Below are positions 40,201 through 56,600 of a DNA stretch of 64,000 nucleotides, one piece after another. The position numbers and the translations under genes were made by a program. Each line of letters opens with the position of its first letter. Positions within the stretch are counted from its first letter, which is position 1. The notes under the pieces are model-generated. The model did not search any database, was not told the origin of the DNA, and saw nothing but the letters and a program-made list of their open reading frames with translations. Location of the stretch: contig OZ037767.1 in assembly GCA_964035545.1 (NCBI GenBank), positions 27,296,628-27,360,627 on the forward strand, given 5' to 3'. Source of the DNA: Bugula neritina (lineage: Eukaryota; Animalia; Bryozoa).

Positions 40201-42679
40201 TTCTTTTCATTTTTTTCAAATTGGACATGTTAATAAATAATATTCCTAAACCAACTAGTTACAATTATGATTATTACCTAGCATTTAGAAGAAAAGAGAA
40301 AAATGTCAACATGCAGTGTGTGTTACTACTCTAATAAACTGAAATGAAATTAAAACTGAAAGCACTCAATGCTCACCATGAAGATCCAATGTTCCGTTTC
40401 TTACACCTAGAGTCTTAGCTCCATAGATGGGCATTTCAAGTGACCTTAGATGCCCATGCATAGTAATAATTCCTTTGTGTTGGAAGGGTTCATCTTCCGT
40501 CCCCACCTGAATACCAGTACCATATCTTGGTAATAATGCTTTATTACAGTAAATGAGATTTGTCAGTTGGATGTATAGAAATAGACAAAAAATTCAATGA
40601 GACCAACAAACACTTTATACAGATTATTGCACTTGGTAAAATAATCAAGCTCACCATAACAAATATTATTTGTCAAAATTTGCTTTAGTAAACCCACCTG
40701 CAGGGTTCCACCGTCAACAATTAAAATATTCTCAGCCTGCAGCTCAACGTCTTTTTCATCAAACACCAGCTTTCCTATTAACAACAATACTGACACTTAC
40801 AAAACAACACTCTGCTGGGTATGTTATCAACTGATTTGATAATAACACGTATAGTATAAACTTGTGTAGTAAACCTACTCACTATTATTAACTTGCAAAC
40901 CTTTCCTTATGTTGAAAAACTCAAAACTGCATTTTTTAGTAATTTCCGTTACAAATAAAAAAAAACAATAGATCTAAAAAACACACCTCTGATAAGTAGA
41001 ACTTTCAGCACTGGAGTATCCATGTCTAACAGAAGAGTTTGACCTTGAGGAATCTCTACAAGGTCACCTTCTTCTGGGAGAGGTCCTCCGCCCCACGTGT
41101 ACACTGACGACCATACATCCACATAGAAGAAAGTGGCTTCAACATTCTACATATTAAAATAAAAAATCGTAAATTACCAACAACCAATAAAAATGGGGCG
41201 TATCGTTATAGATTCAATAAATTGAGTCTTTCAGCTAATCATGAAAGACAAGTTAAAAACAATACCTCTGGCACTACAGCAAATCCATCTGACCCAAGTT
41301 TGACCTTGACGTCAGCTTCTATGCTACCTTGGTGGGCATCAGTTCGGCATTCGATAGTTGAGCCATCATTGCTTGATATCACACACGCCACTCCATCAAT
41401 GGTCACATTAACTCTACAATAAAATATATTAGCTTTAGTCACTCATACTCAGTCACAGTTACTAGTCATAGTCAGTCACAGTTATTAGTCACAGTCAGTC
41501 ACACTCAGTCATAGTCACTCACACTCAGGCACAGTTACTAGTCACACTCAGTCACAATTATTAGTCACAGTCAGTCACAGTTACTAGTCACATTCAGTCA
41601 CAGTTACTAGTCACATTCAGTCACAGTTACTAGTCACATTCACTCACACTCAGTCAGCCATATCAACATAGATAGCTTCACAATTCCAAGTCTTTTAGAC
41701 TGTAAAACTGCTTTTTAACATGAGCTTTTCATCACCTTTTTATCATATTCCAGCTACTTGAAACAAAATTCAAAAAATTACAATCATATTATTCAAGTAG
41801 CATCCTTGTTAAAACTCACACAGAGGTATAAAGTTTGTACAGGAAGTATATAACCGACTACTATAACTTACCCAGCAGGATTATCAAGGTTGGTTCCAGT
41901 AATAGTGAGGGTGGTGCCACCAGCAGTCCCACCTCTGCTAGGTGAAACACTGGCTATGCTGCCACCAAGTGATGAGTCATACGTGTAGGCAGCAGACAAA
42001 GTTACAGTCTCAGTCGACAGCGTCACCACAACGTCACAGACTGTGCTACTTAAATCATTAGGCACATCTAAAATTACCAGTTCATATGAATTCGTGTTTA
42101 ACTGCTTATTTTAGCAACAAAACATATATAGCAAACTTCATGTAAATATGGATGTTTCTACAATATTATCAACGCAATCTATGTCAACATCTGCTTTTAT
42201 AACATCTGCTGTAATGGTGTTACTTTATTTTTAAATTTGAAAAGAGACAATTTTATCAATAAACACTTGCAAAAAGTTAATCTATTAGCATAACATTTAA
42301 ATTACATCATATTATAAGCAATTTAATCATATGGATTAAATTAGATAATTATCTTGAAAAAGTAGAATAATTTTAAGCAAATCAAATTTTTAAATCAATC
42401 AAAAAAATCTAAAAAAATCAAACCTGCAGAGGGAGAGAGACACTTGATAACTGAAGAGGTTGATGAATCCATGTCAGTAACACAGACCTCTCCACAAACT
42501 GTAACTTCAACTGTTTCATCAAAACCAGCTCCATTGATACTAAGGAGTTGTCCTCCCCCATATGATCCTACAATATTTATTTCAAGTGATGGACATGAAT
42601 AAAGAAGAACCTTCTAATATAGGTGTTCCCATGTCTTAGCACCACATGCATATGCAATGGATATATGCTTCATCAAAGT

Positions 42680-42720
<41 letters not shown>

Positions 42721-45700
42721 TATATACATGGATAATACATAATATAACATGTATATAATGCATATACAGTATAATACACACATAACACATATATAATACA
42801 TACATAACACACACATACTATATATACATGTATAATATGTATAATACGTATATAATACCTACATAATGCATATATGATGCGTACATAATACATATATAAT
42901 ACATACAGTATATAATATATAATACATATATAAAAAGTATATAATACATATATAGCAATTACCTGATGAAGGTGATACACTGGAGGCATCAAGTGTGAAG
43001 GTGAAAGAGTCAGCAGCTGCATTACCTAGTCCATCAACATGAAGCAGCACCTCAACCTGACCGGCAGCGTGCTCACCCAAGGTGCAGACAACTTCTTCAC
43101 TGGCAGCAGATTGCAAGACACAATCCACACCACCAACAGATACGTTCACAGAATCAGCTACAGTGAACAGTGTCGTGCCGGTGATAGTCAGCGTGTCTCC
43201 AGAGTAACCACTAGATGGCGCTATACCCGTGATGGTAGGCGTAGCACTCGCAGCATAGCTATAGCTTACTGCCTCGAATGTGAGATCATCTGAGGACACT
43301 ATCACCTCGACCATTTCCTCAACATGAGCTGATGTCTCGCAGGTTATTTTATTAGTTGTACTTGCTTTTACCTGCAAATACATCGATATACAGACTAGAG
43401 TTGCATTTAACAGCCATAGACTGAGTACATGCGTACACAAGTACTATGTGTAGAAAGAGTTGCAATAACAGTGTGTATGTAAGAACTTCCGCAAAATGTC
43501 TGATTATATCAAACCAAGAAAGCAAAAGTTCACAAAGAATAGTATATAAAAAATTGGCATGAGCTTATAGACAATGCATTCGAATATTTCTCAACTAGCT
43601 AAACTATGTGAGTTTATGCTAAGGGAAGTTACCATTTTAAAATAATATAATTTTGTAGAATAAATTGTAGAGAAGATAAAATGCCTCAATTCAATAATAT
43701 TTAATATAATAAATTGTAGAGAGACAGAATATCGCTTAAGTACCTCACAATCAGAACCCCCGATGTCTACTGAAGTTGAATCACCAAAACCATATCCTGT
43801 TATCGTAAGGATCTGACCTCCATTAATAGAGCCAGAAGTAGGAGATATGGAGGTAATGCTGGCATTACTTGTGACAGTGATGGGCAGCCTGGCAGCGGCA
43901 TCACCTGGAATGTGTACAAAACAAGTGGTAAGTGGCACAGAACAAGGGGAACCAACTCCCAAAAGCGCTACATTTATCACAAACATGAGCGCATTTACTT
44001 TAGTCAACATAAACATTCCCCCCACCCGAATAGCTGAGTAATTGATTGAATAAATTCTTATTGACAAAGAACATGTTTGCTTTAAAAGGAATTTTTGCTA
44101 TTTAACGTTGGTATTTGGTAGGAAAATGTTCCTACTAACCTAGTGACGCAATGTTAACGCTGACGGTGTGTTCCGCTGCAGTCAAAGCACCAACAGTACA
44201 GCTAATCTGAGTATCAGAGACGGCTGTGACAGCACAAGCCGCTGACCCAATCAGCACACTGACTGCTGACGTGTCTGTTCCAAATCTAAAGCCAGTTAGG
44301 TCAAGGTCAACAGAGTCACCTGAAACCTGCAAGATATATAAAGAAAAATAACGAATTGGCAGCAGTGAAGAAAAACATAACTCATCAGCTTATTATAAAA
44401 TAAACAATTAAAAGATCATCTCACTATAACTTAAAGTAAAAACAAAACACTTAATTGAAAACAAAATACCAACTTATCCATACTCATTAAAAGTACATGA
44501 CTGCTTTAGTACAATAACGTAATCTGAAATCACAAATAAAATCAAATAATTTGATTTTTTATGATAAGATTTGCTAAAATAAACAATTTTTCAAACTATA
44601 GTTAAGATAGAAGTAGACACAAATATGAGTACTGAAATGTATATAAATTAGCAAGTACTGCACTCACTGCATTAGGGGTGATAGAGCTCAAGGTGGGAGT
44701 GCTTGCGCTACTGTAGCTGTACACGCAGACGTCATCACATGTTAGAGTGAGGAGCTCGTCGTCAGGGGAGATGAGCTGTACAAGAATGTCACCAGACCAA
44801 TCAGCACCTGCTGCTCCTGTCACACATACCACTTGAGTATAGTTGACATTCTGTATATCGCATCCGGCAGCGTTGATGGCCACTTGTGTACGTCCATCAC
44901 CTAGGAAACCGGCCCCTGGAGCAAACATTACATCACATGCTGTACTAAAATGATGGTAACATTCAACAAATATGCAAGAATAGTAAATAATAAATATATG
45001 TAACAGTTAAACTATAGATAAATGTGAATTAAGTACAAATAAAAATAATTAATTATATCTCGCTATTGGAGGATCCCATCAACTTCCAGTATCATGTATC
45101 TACAACTGTCTTTAATTACAATAACTTTACTTTGCATATAATGTTCTGTTCTAACTACTTTAGCTTGTTGTGTATTTAATACTTTTCCCTAGCTATCTTT
45201 TGTTATTGCTGTAATGGCATGCATGGCTATTTTCTGGAAGATTGTATATAAGCAAGGCAATATTTTACTCATGCTCAGTGTTCATTCTTACATTGATTCA
45301 TCTAGAGAAAATATGGTTCAAGAAACACAATAATAGTATAAATATACACCATCTAATATTTATAGTAACAAGGGTAGAAGACAACTCCAATACATAGTAA
45401 AAAACATCTCAAAGAGTAAGCCTGAGTCCTACTAATCACATACCTGTAATAGTTAGAACTTGGCCGCCTTCTAGTGACCCAGTAGAGTGAGACAACTCCT
45501 GAATGCTGGGTAATAACTTGAAGCCTCTGTTAACTTCACCAGTTAAAGCGATCTGAGCGTCTCCGAGATTGTCAACTCTGACAGAGATTGGTAGTATGGT
45601 GCCAGGAGCCACTTCAGATTGCAGAGAGAGCTTGCATTCTATCATTGTGCTGGTGCTGGACTCCACTACGCATGGAGTGTCTTAACAACAGGAAAAGAGC

Positions 45701-48700
45701 AATGATGACATGAGTTTATGCAATACTAACATATGATATATATACAAACTCAGCCCTATAATTCCTTAACTTAATCTATTATACATAGTCTATCCAACAG
45801 CTGAAAAAAACATGATTAATACATTTAAAGAACATCAGCATATAAAATTCTAGCAGACTTGGAAGGATTAAATTGCAACAAGAAGAAATAATGTACAGCA
45901 AAAATAGATTATCTTTTAATAATACATACATATATATGCATATAGTATTGAAATATTATCTAGCCTAACCTCCAAACAATACAATGTTGTTGCAGGATGA
46001 GGTGCTAAATCCTTCTCCTTTTATTGTAATGGTTGTTAGGCTAGTTCCCTGGCTAGGAGTAATTTCTGTGACCTTCACAGGCACATCAATGCAGGAGCCA
46101 ATATTGTCACCAGATAGACTAAGAGTAGTATCACAGGCTGATATTTCAGGGACGCAGGCGGAACCTGTCATAAAAACAGTTTAATATTCTATATTCTGAT
46201 GAAAATTATTATATGTCTTGAGGTTTAATGTCGATGTCCGATTACAATTTCATTATTTTAATATGAACCTACGCTTACTTAACACATCTCTCTTTTTTCT
46301 ACCAACAGCTTGTATGTTGTCTTGCGCAACATGATCTCCAAGTTTGAGAACAACACTTCCCGCAGCTGGTGATCTTGGGTTCACTACTACTCTGCCCCTT
46401 AATGAGTAACCTGTAAACACGAGGAGACTGCGCTATGAAAACCTAAATGTAATTAATAACAGGAATGCTGCTTCAGCCAGAAAATAACTCTAGTAAAGTT
46501 AACCAGGCATTGGTTACTCTGTTTCAAACAGCCCAGAAGTAATTACTGTAGTTAATGCACCTCTAGCTACTTACATTAGTCAACTTGGAGAACAATGTTC
46601 TACAACTATCTATGAATTGTGTGTTTATACGTAGCCAGGTGTCACCTCATTGTATTATATACCAACTCAATATGGTGGCTCAACACACACCAGCTTTACA
46701 ACTTTCTATGAATTAGAGCAATAGCTACTCCATTAACTGCACAATTTTCAACGTACCACTTCGGTTTATAGATTATTTTATTTGTGGTCATTTTGTTTTG
46801 TTATATTTGGTCAAAAGTGAAAGGAAAAGAACATATGTAACACAGAAAGATAAATACTAATGCCAAGGGTCCCCCCCCCCCCCCCCCGGGGCAAGAGCAC
46901 TGCAGCTAGTGAAGACACACAATCATTTTAATAGACTATTGCTGCATGCACTCATTATGACGAGAAAATTAGTAAAAATTGTAACCATAGAATGAACATG
47001 TTGTTACCTTGTTGTTCGAGAGATATAGTTGACCAGTAGACGAACTCGCCCTCTTGTGTGAACTTGTACCGATATGAGCCAGATGGGGACGGTTTGTTGA
47101 GGAACCCAAACCCATTCTCTAAAGCAGACTGGGCACTCATGCTTTCTATTTGCTGTACAGTAAAGAAGGAGCTTTCAACACCAGGGGGAGATGACCATTC
47201 CCACAATACCTCATCCCCAACCTGAAATATACAGTTTTATACAAATGTGAATGACACTATTTATATATGTGTAAATAATCAACACGAGCAAGTTTCATCA
47301 CACACAAACTTATAAAAATGCGAAATTTCTACAAAAATTAGTTCTCAACAACAATGTTATTATGCTGAGAAATATTTAAATGACAACATTCAGTGGTAGC
47401 AAGTATAAACATCATAATTTACAAATAACCAATTAATATTTGTTACAGCAGTTCAAATTCTATGGTGTGCTTATAGAATTCTATTTCCATACAAGCGAAG
47501 CATTAAACAAGTCGTGGTTCATTACTTGTAATAAATATTAGATAATATTCCCAGTCAAATTATTATTATTCCCTTTTGAAACAGCTACACCTCAATACAT
47601 GCAGTAGGACACTTCTTGTATAGAATAAATTAAAGTTTTACAAATCTTGTTACCTGAATAAAATATTTAACCATTAATCCACAAATACACAAATAAAGTC
47701 ACACGTATATCTGCTGACCTCTATTTCCAGGAGTGTGTGATCCCAAGCATAGTATGGACCATAGTCCTCGTGAGATCCCAGATTAGTAACGGTGTATTCA
47801 CGGGGCGTAATCTCAGTTACACATGTAAATTGGGTGTCTGTGAGAGTTTCAGCCTGTAGAACACAGTCTATACCACCAACTGTCACAGAAAGGTCTTCGG
47901 CTGTTGTACCGAATCCTGCACCTACAAGAATATGTATAAACTGAAGTTAACTATAGAATTAGTCCAGTGATCTTACAAGCTTTTCTATTCAGGGCATTCT
48001 CCAAAGACCATGTAGATTCCCTACTAGTAAAAACTAACTACCAATTTATAGTCTTTGTTTTAGAGTTTTAGATGAAACTAAACTCAATACAGCAGAGCCC
48101 TACCTGTAACCACGTGTCTTGTGCCGCCAAATCTGGACACAATTCTAGGTGATATATCGTCAACAGTGAGAACATAGCTGACTGGCCCAACAGAATTGGC
48201 ACTAAAAGAAAATTGAAAAAAAATGTAAGAATTAAAAAATCTTACTAATACAGCATGTGTTTATCATAATAGTGATCAGCATATCATTCCTAATACAATG
48301 TCAAACATAAACAAAGAACACATATTATGAGAAGTTGTGATTTTTCTTTTCAACTCATATTGTAAACTATACCTTTTAAACTAAAAATGAAAAGATAAAT
48401 TAATATGAGATACTTTGTTCATGTTATATGGCGTCAAAGCATTAACTGACTCATTTAATAAAATAATATATACTGATGGGAAAATTATTGTAAAAAGAGA
48501 GAGCTTTTACTATTTATGCATTAATTTCTCTCGAGAAAAAATCTTCACAAGTAACTGCAACACTCATTCAACGCTTACTGCTACTTCTACTACTGCTGCC
48601 GCTGCTTCTACTACTCTTACCTAAAATCTGCATATCCGTCAGCAGTTGTTATCATGAGGTGGTAGTCTCCTACATCCAATGATGGCAAAGTAAGGACAAT

Positions 48701-51700
48701 ACTAGTATCAGTCCAGGAAGTGACATCATCATTTAGAGATATTCCTCCTTTGAACTCAATGTCATTAGCAGAGCTTCCAAACCCACTACCAGTAATAGTC
48801 AATTCCGTACCACCTGAAAAAGTATTTGAATGTGTCATGACTGACATCAACAGGTGTGTCATGACTGACATTAGCAGGTGTGTCACGACTGACATAAACC
48901 AAAAAAGTCGCTTAGCATTTTGCAACTTAATAAGAATAATCAGTGATATTTTAATCTAGTTGCTTCCCAACAACAAATTCTTTAATATTAAATTTAACTA
49001 AATTCATCATTTTTTAAAAACTTTTTTTGTTTTTATATTCAGAAGCCAAACAGTTTCTCAATAAATATTCAGCCGCTATACTTCAACTTAATATATTTGT
49101 TGTAGATTGCAATACAATATTTACATATTTGGGTATTCCAACTACCATTTTTGTTTTTAATAAAAACTTTGAGAATCGCGTTAAGTTTTCACCTGCAACT
49201 GAGGCAATACTTGTACTAAGAGCAGAAACTTGGCTACTGCTGGTTTGGGAAGAGAAAGTGAAGGCATCGGCAAGAGTCAGGTTGGCCCCATCTGGCAGCA
49301 TCAGCAATACATCAGTAAGCCCTGCGGCAAGCTGCCAATAGAACAGAGTGTTTTATGAGAGGCGTTGAAAAACAAACATATAACTTACAGAATGCTATTC
49401 CATGACTCAGTAAGTGGCCAAACAATAATTCAAGAAATACAAAAACAAATAGTTAAAACTGCTTATTGTACTTATGCCAACTGTAACAATGCTCCGAATA
49501 TGTTAAAGGTTTTGTTTTTGTTCAAACTCAATACAAGACTAAGTGAGCAGCAAAGAACCTAACTAAGTGAATTTTGGCAAATATCTCGTCACATTTTCAA
49601 TAGAATATTATAGATTATTATAGAATATTATAGACTATTATAGACGATTATAAAATATTATAGATTATTATAGAATATTATAGATTATTATAGAATATCA
49701 TAGATTATTATAGATTATTATAGACTATTATAGACTATTATAGATTATTATAGACTATTATAGCTAGTAAGACTTAGAGTGAGTCATAGCTAGTTTTACA
49801 GAAAGTAGACTTTAGAGCAGACACCAACCGATGGAGACATTTTGCAGACCAAGGAGGTGTCAGCAGTTGATGACACATAACTACATCCTACATCCTCCCC
49901 CATCAGAGAAATCTTCAGCTTAGATGACAAGCCAGACCCAGAGATTGTGACCAAATAACCACCTAAAAAAAGAATATTCAAATCATTCAAATTTCTAATT
50001 CAAAACGTACCCAGTAAATTCAGTATTCCCAGCAAAGTTTATATGTTTAACAGCATCAAATGACAACGAATCCAAACCTTATTTTTTCAATCAAAAATTA
50101 TCAAAATTACTAACCTGAAAGATGGCCGGAAGTAGGGCTGATGCCGGTTATAGAGGCAGCATACTCATACGTGTACATAGAAGTGGCGTAACCCTTGCCC
50201 TCTACATGCACCTGGATATCGTGCACACCAACATCACTAAGGGCAAGGTCACATGTCAACTCATTTCCACTCACTATCACATTCGAACAGTTTCTCTCAC
50301 CAACGGTAACTTCAATATTGCTATCAAACCCAGTGCCAGTGATTGTCAGAGTAACCTGACCGGCTCCTACAAGATATTGATGGAAAATGAATATAGAAAA
50401 GAAATCAATCAATATAAAAATCCTTACATTAATAGATTATTACTCCAAGAATAAAAATAACAAGTTTGCTAGCCAATACCATTTAATTTAGAAAATATTT
50501 ATAACATTTTTATACACCATGATTAAAAACTAAAGTTTTAGATTTGAAATCTAATGTAAATGGAAAAAATATTTCCTATAGAAGGTAGATTTTCAGGATA
50601 TTTTGGCGTCTGAATGGTAGAGCTTATGTGAAAGCACTAAATATATTTGTCATTTACAACAAATAAAAAAGTTGTAGATTAAAATAGACCAGCTTTCAGG
50701 TTATTTATAAACAATCAAAACACAGAAACTTGATGAATGGTGTTTTCAGAGCTTAGAAAAAGTTTAATTTACAAAGTTAGAAGAATTGAAAAGATATTTT
50801 CATATGTTTAAAAAAGTCAAGCTTTTTTAAATAATATTTGTTTAAAAACGTTAGACTAGAATGCAGAAAATTGATTCACAGTATTAGAGAGTGAGCATGG
50901 CATGAGCATGGTATTTACGACACTTTTAATTATAAAACTGCTAAAGCGGATATTGCATTGCAGCTTACATACATGACGTACAAGTTACCTGATTTAGGTG
51001 AGACTGATGTAATGTTAGGCGTGGATGCTTCAGTCCACTCAAATGAACAGGTTCCATCGCAGTGACTGGGTATGCCGTTGACAGCTACAGTAACTTGGGG
51101 CACATCGTGAGCATGAGACATCATATCACCTAAGACAGGCTTGTAGATGGCGTAACCATCATTCAGTGTGTTGACACTTATCTCGGCATCAACTCCCTGG
51201 GAAAAAAATATAAGATTAGAAACTATGCAAATATAGAAAAAAAATTTATTCTAATTGAAGAGGTACTTGAGCTGTAATAATTTAAAAGTAATAATTTAAT
51301 AAAAATCTGTGACTTATTTGAACACCGTTACCGATCGTCACACTACCTGTTGAAAAAAGATGTCAGTTAAATACTAGCATTTATTTTAAGCAGAAACATG
51401 AAGCTTACTGTAAAACTGCCTGAGACTATAAGTTGGAGATCAGATAAAAAGACTGGCACTAACCTTCAAGTTAGTCGTGTCAAGTTGGAGAGTTGGCCTG
51501 TCTCCACCCACTTGCAGCCATTCAATGTTCCACAGATACGAATGACAAAGTCCGTATCTGTAGACTAGGACTCCGCCCATTCCAGGAAGTGTCTGCAGCT
51601 TAGACTTCAGATCAACTGCTTCCTCATTGGCTAGCACACCTGCACAAATATCTTATGCATACTTCCTTTCTCTTATTTATTTCCGATTACAAAGCTTCGC

Positions 51701-53565
51701 TTTACATACATTGCTTATAGGAAAATTCTAGACTTATGCTGAGACAAATTTCTATGCTTTAATATATGAATAAAACCAACCTCCTAAAGTCTTTCCGTTG
51801 TACGCGATGCTAAATGTACCAGAAACAGGGGGTGATGCCGTAGCACCTCTAGTTACGGCAGCTGCTCCATTACTAACAGTGAACTGAGAGAAGGGGTAAC
51901 TACAGTTGACTGGGTACATCTTGATGGTGTGTGCTTTGTCGTTCCCTTCCACTGCATCCACCTCTACTGAGTTCATCAGGTAATTGCGAGGGGGCATTAG
52001 CCGGATATCCTCGGCATCTTAAAACAGGATAAGACATTTCTAGAAGATATACTATGATGTAAGACCTCTACTGGTGTTCCAAAAATCAAGGGTATAATAA
52101 ATAATTAAATTAGTAATAAAATTGGCAAAAAAAAATACGATTGTCAGTGTAATAACAAAGCGCAATTAAAAATTATTTTGACACTTCCTAATTAATTTCA
52201 CTGAAAACATTTGTGGCCCAGGAGTTTGAGCGCTGTAAAGGCAATTAGTGGTGTGAAGAAGCACATTCAGTCATAATTGATCCTGAAAAAGTCCTTAGCC
52301 TGCTTAAAAGACCTTCCCATCAGAGGTTTTCACAGGGACTGTAAAGAGTTTTCTCTAAATTAATTTCATTCACCAGCTACACCATAAAGAGATAGTGTAA
52401 TCTACCTGGTTCCTGAATGTCTTTATTTCCTAGTTGAATATTGTCAAATTGAGCAATCCTGCTGTAATCTAGACTTATCTGTACCAGACCCAGGGTGTAG
52501 AACTTTCCATTGTACACACTGTGCACCATGTCAAAAATATCAAGACACTTGTGGTGCCACCTACAATGTAGTGCAGTAACTGTCTATACCACAACACGTG
52601 TTTACTATCCACCACAGCTACGTTGTTACTTCACTGCATAAGCTTGAGGTAGGTGAAGTAATAGAGAAATTGAGAAAGCCTGTGTTCTAGATTAGAAATG
52701 TAACGTAAGAAGTTTTGTTCTCGCAAGAATTTCAACCCGAACCACAAACCTAAATTTCAATATTAAAATTAAAGGACTTAGGCTATCTCAATTTCTCCAC
52801 TATTGCTCCTAAATGGTAGCTTTGAAGTCTGAACGTTACTGGGATTAATTTTCACTATGAAATGAGGTGCGGCACTTTAAATGGTGACAATAGTGGCTGA
52901 TAGCATTCTGTCATACACGAAAAAATATTACGATGTCCGCCAAACAACTCAGGTAGACAAAGAAACATGGCTTTTCATTAAGCAAAATAGAGATGTGAAC
53001 ACATATATATGAAATAAGACTCACTTTCCGTCAGATGGCTCCAAGTCAATAGAGAAACCTCTCCGGACTGACACTATTTCTGTCTCCTTCAGGTAGTTGA
53101 AATTAATGACAGTGTAATTTTTCACAAATCCGGTATAACCAAAGCAAAGCTAAACAAATAAAAAACACAATAACATCGATAAGCATCATTAAAATGTACA
53201 TCATAAAAACCTCTATTTATAAAAGCAACTACTTATAGTTTAAGTTTAAGCAAAAGATGTAATAAAATCATTTGTAAGTTGCATATATCAAATGCAGAGT
53301 AAAACTTACATATCTGTTAGCAGATTCTGTAAAACCAACAGGTGCAGAGGCACTGTTGTAGATATAGCGTGGATTCTGGAGAGACTTCCTCCCGCACATG
53401 GGGTACCGGTTGATGATGACATTACCACCGTACACGTGTGAGTAGCCAGTTGAGAGAGACTCAAAAGTCTCAGCAGACTTAGTCAGACCAGTATGACAGC
53501 GGACACTGAACAAGTCTTCAACTGCACTCAGCATCTACACGGTTGATTGACAGTGTTATTAATAT

Positions 53566-53658
<93 letters not shown>

Positions 53659-56600
53659 AATCTGTGGACAGCAGCTGTTTCATATTTAATATTTTATATT
53701 TAATATATAATATATAATGTTGATTGATTGACAGTGTTATTAATATATAACGTAAAATGTAGTATATAGTCAAATTTATTTATGCTATTATATTGCATTA
53801 TATTTTGTCACATTATATTATAGCAAAATATGTTATAATATATTAAATTATAGTAAAAATAAAGTAAACTGGAAGTATATTATATCATATTCTATTATAT
53901 TACATTATATGTAGAGTAAAAGTTGTATTGTATTATATTACAGCAAAAATTGAAGTAAAGATTACCAAACATATTTAAAGTTATGAACTAAAATTTGCAG
54001 TTCATAGTGAAGATATTAAGAGAAGGGTAGCAAAATTTACAATATAGATAGTTGTAAAAATATTATGTTTACATTTGGTAACATGTTACAAAGGCAGTCA
54101 TTGTATATAGTTGTAGTTCAATATCATATTTTATAGCCAGTGTAAATGTAAAGTTTGCTCAGTACAATGCTAAAATAGTACCAATAAATTATTAGAGAAA
54201 ATTAAACTCAAAATTACTTACAAAACAACTCAATTTTGAAAACGTGTGCCATTCAATTCACCATCACAATTATATACAGCTTGTTACTAAATGAAATATG
54301 CACTAGCAAACCACCTCATTGCTACAAACATTGAGCTATAGATGTTTAAGCTCATTGGCTACAAATGGGTAATCTATCAACACAGTGCACTATATCAGCA
54401 GCTTTTGAAACCTACACTGGCAGAGCTGGAGATGGAGATTGGCGGTGTTGAAAGGCCGTCCATTGTGAGAACAGCTTTATTGAGGCTGGCTGACCCCTGG
54501 GTAACCACGCGGGCAGAAAAGGAGAGAGTTCCAGCAAACTCGGTTTTACCCGCAAGCAGAGGAAAGGCTCCCCTTTCTGTAAGAATTCATTCAACCGCTC
54601 AAAGGACTTTATAACACACAATATGCAGTGTTAATTTCACACTTGAAAAACTCACTAATTTCTATGCTGTTTAAAACAACAACAAATATTGACGTAAGAT
54701 ATAACATAAACAAAGTATTACATGGCAAACAAAGACCAGTCAATAAAGAATGTTATCACATGAAGTTAATATATACAATAAACCATCTCAGGCAAACCTC
54801 ATATTACCTAATATCAACATAAGCTTTGAAACTGCACACCAGTTACAAACCATTCAGAGATATCAACCATTCTTTGAAAAAAATAAAAATGCCATTGCAA
54901 GAGAAGAAGCTTGCTGACAAGTTATAGGAACACATTATAAAGTCTCACTAAACTATGTTCTCAACAGCATACCTGAGTTGAATGTCACGGTGTATCTGTT
55001 GCCATTAGTGATAGGAGTTGTCACCACGGTAACTGTGTCTGGGGCTACGGTAGGTAAGCTATTGAGAGCAGCTTGTACTGCTGCAGCAGATGCTCCTGCG
55101 TCTATATATGCTGTTCAGATACCAATACGAGTTAGCATAATCATACAGTAATATAGCACACAATACCATAGTGTTAGTTTGCATCACATATTTACTTGCA
55201 AAGAGGTAGAAAATTGCTTAACTGGTTTGAATAAATTTGTTTAATACTTCACAATACATTCACACTCCATATATTAGACCCCAAGTTCAAAGGCCATTAT
55301 ATAAAAAAGAATATTTTTAGATGAAATCCCCAGCAAAGTTATAACATAGCCAGTGTTCTGAATTCTAAATGAGGATAGATTACACAATAAGCTTAAATTA
55401 TTTATTCCATGATTGCAGCTTTTTCAAATATATATGGGCACAATCAAAATAACCCTTTTATATCAATAATATTTTATACCAGACAAGAGTTAATTTTCAA
55501 TCAGATGAGCTACCTGAGTAAGCGCCACCCACACCAAGTCGAAATCTTATGTCAGCTTCTCCAGGAAAAGCCTCTACAACATCAATAGTTTGCACCTCCT
55601 TAACAGAGGATTTGGTAACCCAAGTGCTGAAATCAACGGTCTGCGTTTCTGGTATGACAGTGGATGTCGTCTGCAACTGCTGTCTTTCATTTACTGCAAA
55701 CCCAGTCTGGGATGAGGTTTTGCTACAAATTGAACCAATTAACTATTAGAGCAAAGAATGAGTGAATAAATTAACTGGAAAAAAAAAACTAGTGAAGTCA
55801 GTTAAGAATGCTCCCTATTAGATACTTCTTCAAGTAGCTTCTATATAGAATTGTAGGTGTAATTATGTTAATTACTAGAAAATATTCTATCAATTTAGAT
55901 AATCACAGTGATGTTACCAAAATTCTTATAAATACAGTGAATTAAAAAGTATAAAAAGTACAGTCAAGACAACAGTATAAACCAATAATATGGTAGACTC
56001 TATCAAAGATACCTCGTGGTATACATTCTGAAGCCTAGTGTAAGACTATTGGACGCATCTGATTTACTTGTGTGGTGGATTTCCATATAGTATTCCATGC
56101 CAGACTTGAGAGAATATCGCACGTTGTGGTGGTGAGAACCAGAAGTTGAGAAAGAGGCAGAAAATAGTTCAACCTAAAACCCCAAATCATTGAATAAAGA
56201 AACTTCACAACTACAAACTCACACCCATCATGAAATTTGTTTTTCCAATGTTCATATGCATATTTAGTGAGCTCTCTCCTTACTCTGTAAATATTTTTAG
56301 AACACTAGGCAGGAAAATACTTCAATATCATACCATATCTCCATTTTAAAAACAAAAAGATGAACATTAAGATTCACAATAAAATGTATTTAACAAATAT
56401 ATTAAATGTTAGTATTTCAACTGGAAGACTAGATAAAATAATAGCTATGTTAAAGTCCAAATATTCAACGTCTCTATTTCCAAACCACAGTATCACATCT
56501 AACTTATGAAGGCCTACCAGATTGCCACTGGTGCTATCATTACTCAGTAGAAGTCGGGCTAGGCAGTTAGTCCCCTCAAACTCAAAACTGTACTCTCCGG

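Larger units (their letters stand above)
41262..51200 (-). other. IPT/TIG repeat array of fibrocystin-L, including a cupredoxin-like insert (~47007-47222)
   Basis: Repeated ITxISPxSG...LTITGTGF...VxVGGxxCxV...ITCxT exons; EWSSPPG...GSYRYKFTQEGEFVYWST segment. Confidence 0.8.

Noticed and set aside
42614-43022. Tyr/Ile/Cys-rich ORFs
   Set aside because: Products of TA/CA low-complexity repeats.
46871-46887. Poly-C runs (also ~1168-1189) as G-quadruplex regulatory elements
   Set aside because: Simple homopolymers with no supporting evidence of function.
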